From sequence record PQ471516.1: a stretch of DNA of 64,000 bases, one strand, 5' to 3'. Within the stretch, counting starts at the first letter, position 1. Every line of letters begins with the position of its first letter. A program made the position numbers and the translations under genes. Below the pieces are notes generated by a model. It worked only from the letters and a program-made list of their open reading frames with translations, was not told where the DNA came from and made no database searches. Positions 1 through 8,506 of the stretch are shown here, one piece after another.

Positions 1-216
1 GAAGTCATCTTTATCAAGTGCAAACAAAGAAAAGTGCCATGTTGGGTTGTCATACTTAAGAAGCTTGTTCTCATAAGGTATAACGAACTCCGACAAGTCC
101 AAATCTTCATACACTTGGTCAACACTAGTGTTTTGTTTAGGAAGTGATTGCAAATTACTTACTTGTGCTTTATAATTGTTCTTAAGGTTTGATGCCATAC
201 CTTTAATGTCTGCCAT
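1..216 (-). CDS. Partial ORF running off the window start; probable baseplate/tail hub protein
   Basis: Hand-translated from ATG at 216: MADIKGMASNLKNNYKAQ...ENKLLKYDNPTWHFSLFALDKDDF, open to position 1; GGAG RBS at 223-226 (minus); co-oriented with baseplate genes. Confidence 0.55.
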   Translation of the reverse strand, partial: MADIKGMASNLKNNYKAQVSNLQSLPKQNTSVDQVYEDLDLSEFVIPYENKLLKYDNPTWHFSLFALDKDDF

Positions 217-227
217 AATTTACTCCG

Positions 228-542
228 TTAACCTACGTTACGTGTACCATTTAAGAATGTTTGTACACGCTGACTTGATGGGATGCGAATTGATACTCCA
301 CTTTTGAAGTTGTAGATTGGGTCAGAACCCAAAATGTTGGGATTCAAAAGGGCAAAAACATAGTACAGGCGTTCGTTACCATACATTTCATATGCTAAAC
401 GCCAAGGTTGAAATTCATACTTAGGGGGAATTTCATAGATATCATCGGTATCTGCTGGAACAATATCTCGTGGTAGATTGTACCCTAGATACCAGGTTTG
501 TTTCACCTTAGCATAAGGTGAATATTGACTATATGTTGACAT
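228..542 (-). CDS. Baseplate wedge protein, gp53-like (LysM-like)
   Basis: Y.I...Y...PW.LAYE.YG..RLYYVFALLNP pattern typical of gp53/tail-X; size and context. Confidence 0.65.
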   Translation of the reverse strand: MSTYSQYSPYAKVKQTWYLGYNLPRDIVPADTDDIYEIPPKYEFQPWRLAYEMYGNERLYYVFALLNPNILGSDPIYNFKSGVSIRIPSSQRVQTFLNGTRNVG

Positions 543-1273
543 TAAATAAATCCTCCATTGCGTAATAGTTCACCACGTTTAAATGAATTCAAGTTGAATT
601 TCTTCGTCATGAAATCAGACGTGGGTTGTTCTTCCAACTGAATAACAACTGAAATCTTTTGAGGAACCCATACTTCATCTTGTGGATTCATATAGCCAGT
701 ACTTCTAAGTTGGTTGAAGAACTCACGACTATCTTTGTCAGCTAAGTTGAAAGTACTGTTACTACTATCTAGTGGTACTTGAATATACGATACATCGTTT
801 GGGTATGTAAAGTTATAAGATTTCATAATTACAGGAATATCATTATATGTATAACGACCATAACCACTTAAAAGTAAAATTGGTGGTGGAGCACCAGGTA
901 TTGCCAGTTCAGGGTTGTTGGCGGCAGCAGCCTGACGACCAAAATCCATCAACGATACTGAACGGATGAAGTGCATACATGCTAGTGTATAAAGTGCTTC
1001 AGCCGCAGTATTTGCATAGAATTCACCTTGGATAGTGAAGACTGTGTTTGTTGTGTTTTTGTAGTTGTTATAGTTACTGTTTGTGTGTATAGGCGACTGT
1101 GTTTCATATTGCACAGATCTTTGTTCGGAAATTGTAGGTGTTACAGTCCAGACAAGACCATTAGTTGGACGCAGAAACGACAGTAATGTAGGTTCGGCAC
1201 TATTGCCAAAATCACCATATACGTAATTAGCACCTGCGGTTTTAGGTCTTAATCGAATTCTACGATCAATCAT
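542..1273 (-). CDS. Baseplate/tail-tube initiator-like protein (gp48/gp54 class)
   Basis: Tube-fold-like pattern (FTIQGEF...PPILLLSGYG...IPVIMKSYNFTYP); late promoter TATAAATA at 1306-1313 (minus). Confidence 0.5.
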   Translation of the reverse strand: MIDRRIRLRPKTAGANYVYGDFGNSAEPTLLSFLRPTNGLVWTVTPTISEQRSVQYETQSPIHTNSNYNNYKNTTNTVFTIQGEFYANTAAEALYTLACMHFIRSVSLMDFGRQAAAANNPELAIPGAPPPILLLSGYGRYTYNDIPVIMKSYNFTYPNDVSYIQVPLDSSNSTFNLADKDSREFFNQLRSTGYMNPQDEVWVPQKISVVIQLEEQPTSDFMTKKFNLNSFKRGELLRNGGFI

Positions 1274-1305
1274 TTTGATTCTCCATTATAAGGGAACATT
1301 TGATG

Positions 1306-1313
1306 TATTTATA
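1306..1313 (-). promoter_or_regulatory. T4-type late promoter TATAAATA
   Basis: tatttata on + strand about 35 nt upstream of the baseplate gene start. Confidence 0.7.
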
Positions 1314-1315
1314 CG

Positions 1316-1344
1316 TGGAACAAAGTTGATTTTGGTGCTATAAT
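1316..1344 (+). promoter_or_regulatory. Pre-replicative promoter TGGAACA-N16-TATAAT with TG extended -10
   Basis: Member of the 14-copy class described in findings; upstream of gp55-47-46. Confidence 0.7.
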
Positions 1345-1399
1345 AACATTGATGGTACAAGGATTGTACCAATTGGTTTCAAAACATGGAGAGTTAATA

Positions 1400-2239
1400 A
1401 TGTCAATTAAACCCAAGCGTAAAAAGTATCTCAACAATGCTGATTTGCTTAGAGAAATTCAGAAAAGTAAAATGTCATATTGCTGGTTGTTAGACAAAAG
1501 CTACAGTATGTACGATTACATTGTTTTTGATGAATCTGAAATTACAGCAGAAATGTTGGATAAAGCTAAAGCTGCTCGTATCAAACGTCTTAACAATGAG
1601 ATGCTTGATGCAGTACGTGAAAAAGAGGGTATGAGTGCTAAGAAAGCGAAGGAATACGCAGAAGCAAACAATTTAGTACTCACTGATGTAGCCATTGATG
1701 AAGTTGTTATTCGTGTCATCACTGATGAACATATCCAACCGGATACACGAGTGAATTTTGAACCTTTTAAACATTACATTGTTGATGAAGAAGGTATCCT
1801 GTATGAAGTTGCTCGCTCTCACTGGAAAGGTGATTTAGAAGAAGGTGAGTTCTGCTTGACACATGGCAAAATCACAAATGAACTAGGTAAGATGTTCATC
1901 AAACTAGCAGAAGAAATCTCTCATAAATCAAACTATCGTAACTATACGTATCTTGATGAAATGATGGGTGATGCTAGAATACAATTAGTTAAAAACGCAC
2001 TACTCTTTAAAGAGAGTATTCTTTATAAGAAAGATAAACCAGCAGTACAGTTGAATCCTTTCTCATATTATACTTCGTTTGTCAACAACAGTTTCAGGTC
2101 AATCCTGAACAGTGAGAAGAATGTACGTAACATCCGTGATGATCTTCTTGAGATGCATGGTTTTACACCTTCCCATACACGACAAATTGAAATTGAAATG
2201 AATATGATTGAAAGGAAGAACGAAGATGGCTCTATTTGA
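1400..2239 (+). CDS. 55: Late-transcription sigma factor gp55-like, with internal insertion
   Basis: YLNNADLLREI, SNYRNYTYLDEMMGDA and NPFSYYTSFVNNSFRSILNSEK match gp55 blocks; start moved to ATG 1400 behind GGAG. Confidence 0.85.
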   Translation: MSIKPKRKKYLNNADLLREIQKSKMSYCWLLDKSYSMYDYIVFDESEITAEMLDKAKAARIKRLNNEMLDAVREKEGMSAKKAKEYAEANNLVLTDVAIDEVVIRVITDEHIQPDTRVNFEPFKHYIVDEEGILYEVARSHWKGDLEEGEFCLTHGKITNELGKMFIKLAEEISHKSNYRNYTYLDEMMGDARIQLVKNALLFKESILYKKDKPAVQLNPFSYYTSFVNNSFRSILNSEKNVRNIRDDLLEMHGFTPSHTRQIEIEMNMIERKNEDGSI

Positions 2240-3257
2240 TAAACTGATTACATTTACTGACATTCATCTAGGATTGAAGAATAACAGTAAGCAACACAAT
2301 GAAGATTGTTTAAACTTTATCCGCTTCATGATAAAGATTGCCAAAGAAAAGGGCATTACTAAATGTGCCTTTCTTGGTGATTACTTCCATAACAGAAGTA
2401 ACATTAACATTCAAACATTGAACTATGGTTTAGAAATTCTACAATTACTAAATGACAACTTCGAAAAAACATATTTCTTAGTTGGGAACCACGATATGTA
2501 TCATAAAAACAAACGTGACATTACGAGCATCAATATGGCACAGGTTTATGAGAACATCGAGTTCATTAATGAGATTACTACAATCGATGATTGTACTTTC
2601 ATTCCATTTATGATTGAAGATGAATACAAACTACTACCACAACTTAAAAGTAAGTATGTTTTCGGACACCTTGAGTTGCCTGGATACATGCTTAACAAGA
2701 TGGTTGAAATGCCAGATCATGGCAAAGAGACAGAAGGTTCATTTAGTGGGTGTGAATATGTTTTTAGTGGACACTTTCATAAGCGTCAATCTAAAATCAC
2801 CCCTAAAGGTACTCGCGTAATTTATACTGGTAACTGTTTTCCGCATAATTTCTCTGACACTTGGGATGATGCTAGAGGTGTGATGATTTTAGAACACGGA
2901 ATGGAACCAATTTTCCAAACGTGGTCTGAAGCACCTAAGTATAGAACATTTACTCTTTCAGAATTACTAACCGACCCTAGTTTCTATCTTCAAGATAATA
3001 CTATTTCAAAGATTCAGGTTGATATCCAAATCACTACTGATGAGATTAGTTTTATCCGTGATACTTTTACTAAACTGTATAACATTCGTGAGTTTAACGT
3101 TGTTACCAGTAAGCAAAGTATTAAGGAATTACTTGAAGAAGGTGAAAGTTTTGAAAGTACTGAATCAGTTGATGATATTGTTATGCAACAAATCATGGAA
3201 ATTGATTCACCTATGTTCGATAAAAATCTCCTAATTCAAATTTATAGATCATTATAA
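2226..3257 (+). CDS. 47: Recombination nuclease gp47 (Mre11/SbcD-like)
   Basis: Metallophosphoesterase motifs FTDIHLG, LGDYFH, VGNHD, GHLE, SGHFH. Confidence 0.93.
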   Translation: MALFDKLITFTDIHLGLKNNSKQHNEDCLNFIRFMIKIAKEKGITKCAFLGDYFHNRSNINIQTLNYGLEILQLLNDNFEKTYFLVGNHDMYHKNKRDITSINMAQVYENIEFINEITTIDDCTFIPFMIEDEYKLLPQLKSKYVFGHLELPGYMLNKMVEMPDHGKETEGSFSGCEYVFSGHFHKRQSKITPKGTRVIYTGNCFPHNFSDTWDDARGVMILEHGMEPIFQTWSEAPKYRTFTLSELLTDPSFYLQDNTISKIQVDIQITTDEISFIRDTFTKLYNIREFNVVTSKQSIKELLEEGESFESTESVDDIVMQQIMEIDSPMFDKNLLIQIYRSL

Positions 3258-3266
3258 GGAAATTCT

Positions 3267-5414
3267 GTGCTAAACATTACAAGTATATCGATGAGAAACT
3301 TCTTCTCCTTTGGGAATGCACCACAAGTAATTGAAATGAATGGTGCTGATATCTCCCTAGTGCTAGGACAAAACAACGATGCAGTTATTGAAGGTGGCGA
3401 CAGTTCTGGTCGCCGTAATGGTGTAGGTAAAAGTGCCATTATACAAGGTTTAGTATATGGTTTGTTTGGCAAAAGTATTGGTAATGATATTAAAATTCCA
3501 AACTTAGTTAATAAAACTAATGCTAAGAACTGTGAAGTAATCGTTGAGTTCGAAAAGGATGGGGTAAATTATAGAGTTGAACGTGGTAGAAGTCCTACTT
3601 ACTTTAACTTTATTACTGTAGGAACTGATAATACAGTTACAGACGAATCAAGGGGTGAAAAGAAAGATACTCAAGAAGATCTAAATGAGATTTTGGGTAT
3701 TTCTCAACTCCTGTTCGAACATATTGTAGTACTAAATGCTAACGTAGAACCATTTTTGGCATTAGGTGCTCAACGTCAACGTGATATGATCGAAGAACTC
3801 CTTGGGATTACACAATTGACTGAAAAAGCTGAACTACTTAAGGATATGAACAAAGAATCCAAGCGTTTAGCAGAACAAGAGAAGTTTAAGAACGAAACAG
3901 TTGCTGCTAGTAATGAACGTATACAGAAAAGTATCGAATCATTGCAGGAACAAGCAAATAACTTCGAAATAGAGAAGTCAAAACGTGTTGAAAGTCTGGA
4001 AAGTGAGATTAGTTTGTATAGTACTGTTAACTTTGAGGATTTGTACAAAGCTGCTGCTCTTAATGAAGAAGCAATTGCTCATAACCTTAATATTGACAAT
4101 CTATCCATCCGAGTACAAGATCTGGCTTCTAAATTCGAGACATATAATGCCGATTTAGAGCGTAACAAAAGTATTCTTGCTCAAAATATCGATAATCTAA
4201 AGAACATTGATATTAATGCGGAGTTAAAGAGTCATGAAGAACTGGAAATGTGGAAACAATTAGATACTATTCTAAAAGAGAACAATAACCAGAAGCGTTT
4301 CAAAGAACAGAAGTTAAATTCATTGAAAGCTAACCTTCAAACTTATAAAACTTCGTTTAGTGCAGAAGATAACAAACGTATTGAGTTGGAAAAGAGTAAA
4401 TGTCCAACGTGTTTGACTACACTTGAACATAATGAACACACAATGTCATTGAAAGCTAAAATTCAAGAGACTATTGATTCATTACATCTGAAAATTGATG
4501 AATGTACTCGTGAAATTGAACAAGTAGAAGGTGAAATTGGTGATATTGAGATCTTTGATATGCCACCTAAGCCTATTACTCATTACAATACGTTGACTGA
4601 AGCACAAATGCATGAACATAAGCTTCAAGAGTTGCAGAAAAAGTATGATGAGGTTCCAATTAATATCTATCAAGAAGAGTTGATGAACTCATATGATACT
4701 TTGAACTCATTAATTCGTAAAGAAGTATCCGAGACATTGACTCAATCAGAAGTAAGAGAGATTGAATTGGCTTATAACTCATTAAAACAACAACTGGAAC
4801 GTGAACTAGCAACGACTAATACTTTTATTAGTCAAATTAACACGCTTACTCAAGATTCACTTGTTGCAATCGATTATTCCGATTATAATAACTTAGATAA
4901 GTTGGCTAATCACCAAGATTTCTTAGTTAAGCTGCTTCTCAATAAAGATTCATATGTTCGTAAACGTATCATTGAACAAAATATCTCATATCTGAACAAC
5001 CGTCTTCAGTACTACATCGAAATGTGTGGTTCAGAGCATAGCGTTGTGTTCCTTAACGATCTAAGCGTTGAGATTGAGAAAAGTGGTCAGTACTTTGACT
5101 ATAAACAATTAAGTCGTGGGGAAAGAACAAGGGTTAACATTGCGTTATCTTGTGCATTCCGTGATACTTATGAGTCTCTATATCAAAGTATTAACATTCT
5201 GATTATCGATGAAATGATTGACCAAGGTCTTGATTCAAGTGGTGTTCTTCGTGTGTGGTCTATCTTCCAAGATATGTCTGCTGTACGTGGTAAAAACGTA
5301 TATGCAATTTCACACCGAGAAGAGTTGCTTTCGAAGACTGAAAAAATCCTTAAGGTAGTAAAAGAATACGGTTTCAGTACTGTTGAATATACTACTCTGG
5401 ATGATGTATTCTAA
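3267..5414 (+). CDS. 46: Recombination ATPase gp46 (Rad50/SbcC-like)
   Basis: Walker A NGVGKS, long coiled coil with CPTC zinc hook, signature LSRGE, Walker B LIIDE, H-loop ISH; GTG start. Confidence 0.95.
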   Translation: MLNITSISMRNFFSFGNAPQVIEMNGADISLVLGQNNDAVIEGGDSSGRRNGVGKSAIIQGLVYGLFGKSIGNDIKIPNLVNKTNAKNCEVIVEFEKDGVNYRVERGRSPTYFNFITVGTDNTVTDESRGEKKDTQEDLNEILGISQLLFEHIVVLNANVEPFLALGAQRQRDMIEELLGITQLTEKAELLKDMNKESKRLAEQEKFKNETVAASNERIQKSIESLQEQANNFEIEKSKRVESLESEISLYSTVNFEDLYKAAALNEEAIAHNLNIDNLSIRVQDLASKFETYNADLERNKSILAQNIDNLKNIDINAELKSHEELEMWKQLDTILKENNNQKRFKEQKLNSLKANLQTYKTSFSAEDNKRIELEKSKCPTCLTTLEHNEHTMSLKAKIQETIDSLHLKIDECTREIEQVEGEIGDIEIFDMPPKPITHYNTLTEAQMHEHKLQELQKKYDEVPINIYQEELMNSYDTLNSLIRKEVSETLTQSEVREIELAYNSLKQQLERELATTNTFISQINTLTQDSLVAIDYSDYNNLDKLANHQDFLVKLLLNKDSYVRKRIIEQNISYLNNRLQYYIEMCGSEHSVVFLNDLSVEIEKSGQYFDYKQLSRGERTRVNIALSCAFRDTYESLYQSINILIIDEMIDQGLDSSGVLRVWSIFQDMSAVRGKNVYAISHREELLSKTEKILKVVKEYGFSTVEYTTLDDVF

Positions 5415-5420
5415 TAACAC

Positions 5421-5446
5421 AAAAGGGAGCCTTAGCTCCCTTTTTT
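5421..5446. terminator. Bidirectional intrinsic terminator
   Basis: aaaa-gggagc-ctta-gctccc-tttttt between convergent genes. Confidence 0.85.
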
Positions 5447-5923
5447 CACATGCAACATATTTAATTTACCTTCCTTGATAAGCTTCCTAGCTTGCTTTAC
5501 ACGAACAGCATTGTTAGCACCAGGGATGATATCATACTCTTCCAGAATAGCGTTCTGTTGGGCTGCTGGGAGCCTTTTAAACTTACCTACATCAACTGCT
5601 AAAGCAGTGTGGTGTATAATCTGTTCCTCTTCAGGGATGCTATTATTTTTCTCTAAATAGTCTGCAAGATTACGCAGTACTTCGTATAGGGGTTTATCAG
5701 TTAAGTGCTTCATGTAGCGATTAAAGCTATTCTGAACCTTTCCTTCCCATGCGTTCACTTCATTCTGGAGTACTTCACGACAGTGTTGATTCTCGAAGTG
5801 ATAGTGATCCAGTACTGGTTTAGTGATAGTTTCTTTGATGATAGGATCTATACCTTTTTGTTTTTTAAGTAATTCATTTCGATAGTTTGCAGCGTCTTTA
5901 CTATCTTTCAATCTTCGTTTCAT
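5432..5923 (-). CDS. 49: Endonuclease VII (gp49)-like Holliday junction resolvase lacking Zn-binding cysteines
   Basis: PVLDHYH...REVL..EVNAWEGK and L.NLADYL align with T4 gp49 HLDHDH...RGLLC..CNAAEG...LENLLTYL. Confidence 0.75.
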   Translation of the reverse strand: MKRRLKDSKDAANYRNELLKKQKGIDPIIKETITKPVLDHYHFENQHCREVLQNEVNAWEGKVQNSFNRYMKHLTDKPLYEVLRNLADYLEKNNSIPEEEQIIHHTALAVDVGKFKRLPAAQQNAILEEYDIIPGANNAVRVKQARKLIKEGKLNMLHVKKGS

Positions 5924-6017
5924 AAATCCCCTCTTAACTAATTCCTATTGAAATATTTATGCGTTAGTTTTTCAGTGCAGGAACTAAGTACTTTTTCATA
6001 AAAAAATCACATAATAC

Positions 6018-6046
6018 TGAGACACTTTTAAAAAATGTGCTATAAT
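6018..6046 (+). promoter_or_regulatory. Promoter TGAGACA-N16-TATAAT driving an ORF-free region
   Basis: Exact match to the window-wide promoter class; TG extended -10. Confidence 0.75.
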
Positions 6047-6500
6047 GTTTATTGTAGTAATGACAATCCTGTTGAATGCAGAAATGCATATAAATTAGAA
6101 CCTGATCCTATCGAAAATGTAGATGGCAGATGAGCAGTTCAACAGTGCGATGAGCAAAAGAAACCCGTCAGATGTGGGCATAGTTTGAACCCCTCACGGC
6201 AATGCGGCTCAATAAAGAACTCCGATAAGATACAGAGAGTTCCTCGATAGACATATAAGGTAAATTCCTTACCAGATTATCTAAGGGAGTTTTTGATTTA
6301 TTTCAAAAACAGCTTGAAGTTTGATTGTATAGACTTTCAAGTGAGTGTCAGGATGTTTAAGACTGACGACCGTTGCATATGACTGCGATAGAGAGAAACA
6401 GAGCAACCCGCTTTCGTTCTTAATTAATTAAGAAATTCGCAATACAATAATTCCGATGCCATCAGCGTCAAGATTAAGAGACTTCATTGTCTCTTTTTTA
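6047..6500 (+). ncRNA. Candidate structured non-coding RNA of about 450 nt, family unknown
   Basis: Bounded by promoter and terminator, no ORF of 60 aa or more inside, dense nested helices (see findings). Confidence 0.6.
6476..6500 (+). terminator. Intrinsic terminator closing the candidate ncRNA
   Basis: aagagac-ttcatt-gtctctt followed by T tract. Confidence 0.75.
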
Positions 6501-6701
6501 TTATCTTCATTCCCCTGCGGGGGGATGAAATATCCTCAACAAATCCCGTCAAGTATTAAATCATTTAAAGTTCTTTATAATTATATTAAAATGAATATGA
6601 GTTACGTCAGTAACGAATATTCTTCATCTAACGAATGAAATGAGTTAGATGAGTTCAATATAATCTTTCTAGTATAATTCAAATCATCATAAATTAGATA
6701 C

Positions 6702-6726
6702 AAAAAAACCAGCAATAGATGCTGGC
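6702..6726 (-). terminator. Intrinsic terminator of the minus-strand baseplate hub genes
   Basis: ccagca/tgctgg stem with A7 on the + strand side. Confidence 0.75.
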
Positions 6727-6737
6727 TTAGTAGTGAG

Positions 6738-6950
6738 TTACTGCTTCCCGTTGAGTTTTTTAATTTTCTTATTAAATGACTTAACTAATAAATTCCTGTC
6801 AATTACTGGCATATTAAGGAGTGTTCCGTAGTCAATATTTTCCATATTCACAGCACACTCCATAAGTGCTTCTTTGATCTCTTTTTTATTCAGTTCTATT
6901 TCCTTCAAAAATTCTTGGATTTCTTCTGGAGTTGACTGGAGAAGCGTCAT
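6738..6950 (-). CDS. Small baseplate hub assembly protein (gp51-like)
   Basis: 70 aa, overlaps gp26-like gene by 4 nt; LLNMP..DR.LL pattern; context. Confidence 0.5.
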   Translation of the reverse strand: MTLLQSTPEEIQEFLKEIELNKKEIKEALMECAVNMENIDYGTLLNMPVIDRNLLVKSFNKKIKKLNGKQ

Positions 6951-7783
6951 GCGAAAAAATGACTAGGGTCATACTTGAGTCCTTCAATTTCCCATTGATG
7001 AGAACACTCACTGCATTCAACTTCCATAGTATGAGAAATACCTACTTCAAGTACTTCATCCATTTTTTCTTTGATTACTTTAATAACTGCTTTGGATTGT
7101 TGTCCTAACCATTCTACAATGAATTCCTTTTCAGTTACTTCATCCCCGTCAGGAGTAATAATTTTGTTAATGACTCCAGCGATCATATCGAAGTTCAATT
7201 GTGCCATCTTTTCAAATATCTCACCAAATAGTTTAATTTTCTCTTCTTCTTCAATACCAGCACCTTCTAAGTACTTACTTTTCTGCTGTTCTGCGAACAT
7301 ACGTTCAGCAAAGTCAGAGTATTCCTTCCAAGTCAAAGGACGAAACTCCAAAGTAAGTCCGTTATCTAGGTTGACAGTTGGTACTTCTTCGAATACACTA
7401 GCAGTCTCAAGTAGGAAACTTAAGTCACGTTCAAAACGTCCTTCTTTGTGACATTCAGGGCATTCAACGTTGACATCATAAGTAGTTTCTTTAGATGCTA
7501 CTTTAATTGCGATAAGAAGTTGCTCAATGTCGTTGACATACAATCCATCTGCATCTATAATGTTTGGTACGCAGTTCTCGATAACACGAGATACAGACTC
7601 ACCACTCAAAAGCATGTCAGGGGTGTTAAGTGTCATCTCATCACGAGCACTACGAGCACAAATACCACATTTTACGCTTTTACTACCGAGAACACCTTCA
7701 CTATAAGGGATCACGGCATTACTGATTAGTTTAGTACTAAGTTCTTCAATTTTAGTGTATTTTGCTAATGGGTTCATAGCCAT
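6947..7783 (-). CDS. 26: Baseplate hub assembly protein gp26-like
   Basis: LYVNDIEQLLIAIKVAS...V.CP.C, L..GLTLEFRPLT, C-terminal C.EC; late promoter at 7822-7828 (minus). Confidence 0.75.
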   Translation of the reverse strand: MAMNPLAKYTKIEELSTKLISNAVIPYSEGVLGSKSVKCGICARSARDEMTLNTPDMLLSGESVSRVIENCVPNIIDADGLYVNDIEQLLIAIKVASKETTYDVNVECPECHKEGRFERDLSFLLETASVFEEVPTVNLDNGLTLEFRPLTWKEYSDFAERMFAEQQKSKYLEGAGIEEEEKIKLFGEIFEKMAQLNFDMIAGVINKIITPDGDEVTEKEFIVEWLGQQSKAVIKVIKEKMDEVLEVGISHTMEVECSECSHQWEIEGLKYDPSHFFA

Positions 7784-7858
7784 TTTAGTTTCTCCATGTA
7801 ATTCAAAAAATGTGTTTATAGTATTTATCCTGGTAAATTATCCAAAATGAGGTAAATT

Positions 7859-8395
7859 ATGTTAAAAGATTTTTATAAAAAACATTCCGAGCGTGTAAAA
7901 GCATTCTTTGGAATCTCATTCCTGTGCTTAGTGTTCGCAGCAGGGTTCTTTAGCTATGATTCATATAAAACAGATGAACCACCAGCAAACACTGCTCTTG
8001 AGAAGCTTAAAAGCAAACTACATGAACGTGAGTTGAGTGCTGGTACTCATATGCTACGTGGTAAAGCATACCGCTTCGATTACAGTACTGATAACTTTGA
8101 TAAGAAAGTTTGGGTAATCCTGAACGTGAAGTTCAAAGAAGACAAAGTGTACTTAGGAGACACTTACTCTATTGTACTGTCATATATCGGTACTGATGCA
8201 GATGGTCTTGACTATTATTACAAAGGTCATCATTACGTCAAGGGTATCCCTGAATTACAAAAAGAAGGATATTACCTAGATTATCTGGTTATTCATGACC
8301 CAGCACGTAAGGCAGTGTCAGTTAATACTACCCCAAGTGGGAACCAAACTGGTGTACCAAACACATTTATAGGAACACTAGACCCAGTTTTCTAA
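7859..8395 (+). CDS. Hypothetical protein with N-terminal membrane anchor
   Basis: Hydrophobic stretch aa 15-32; GAGG RBS; followed by terminator. Confidence 0.7.
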   Translation: MLKDFYKKHSERVKAFFGISFLCLVFAAGFFSYDSYKTDEPPANTALEKLKSKLHERELSAGTHMLRGKAYRFDYSTDNFDKKVWVILNVKFKEDKVYLGDTYSIVLSYIGTDADGLDYYYKGHHYVKGIPELQKEGYYLDYLVIHDPARKAVSVNTTPSGNQTGVPNTFIGTLDPVF

Positions 8396-8416
8396 AATAA
8401 TATAACTAAATCCACT

Positions 8417-8452
8417 AAGCCCAAGGGTATATTCTACTCTTGGGCTTTTTTT
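8417..8452 (+). terminator. Intrinsic terminator
   Basis: aagcccaag/cttgggctt stem followed by T tract. Confidence 0.75.
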
Positions 8453-8506
8453 ATTCAAAAAATGTCATAAATATCTTTATACTACAATTTATTAAAAGGG
8501 ATTGTT

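Noticed and set aside
6047-6500. tmRNA, RNase P RNA, or group I/II intron as the identity of the structured region
   Set aside because: No GGGG...CCA tRNA-like ends, no GAGGAAAGUCC or ACAGAACCCGGC RNase P blocks, no group I P7 (GACUA) core, no group II domain V, and no interrupted exons. A GTGCG at 6145 alone is not enough.
6456-6638. 60-aa ORF in the ORF track
   Set aside because: No RBS, crosses the terminator and hairpins, and has non-native codon use; probably spurious.
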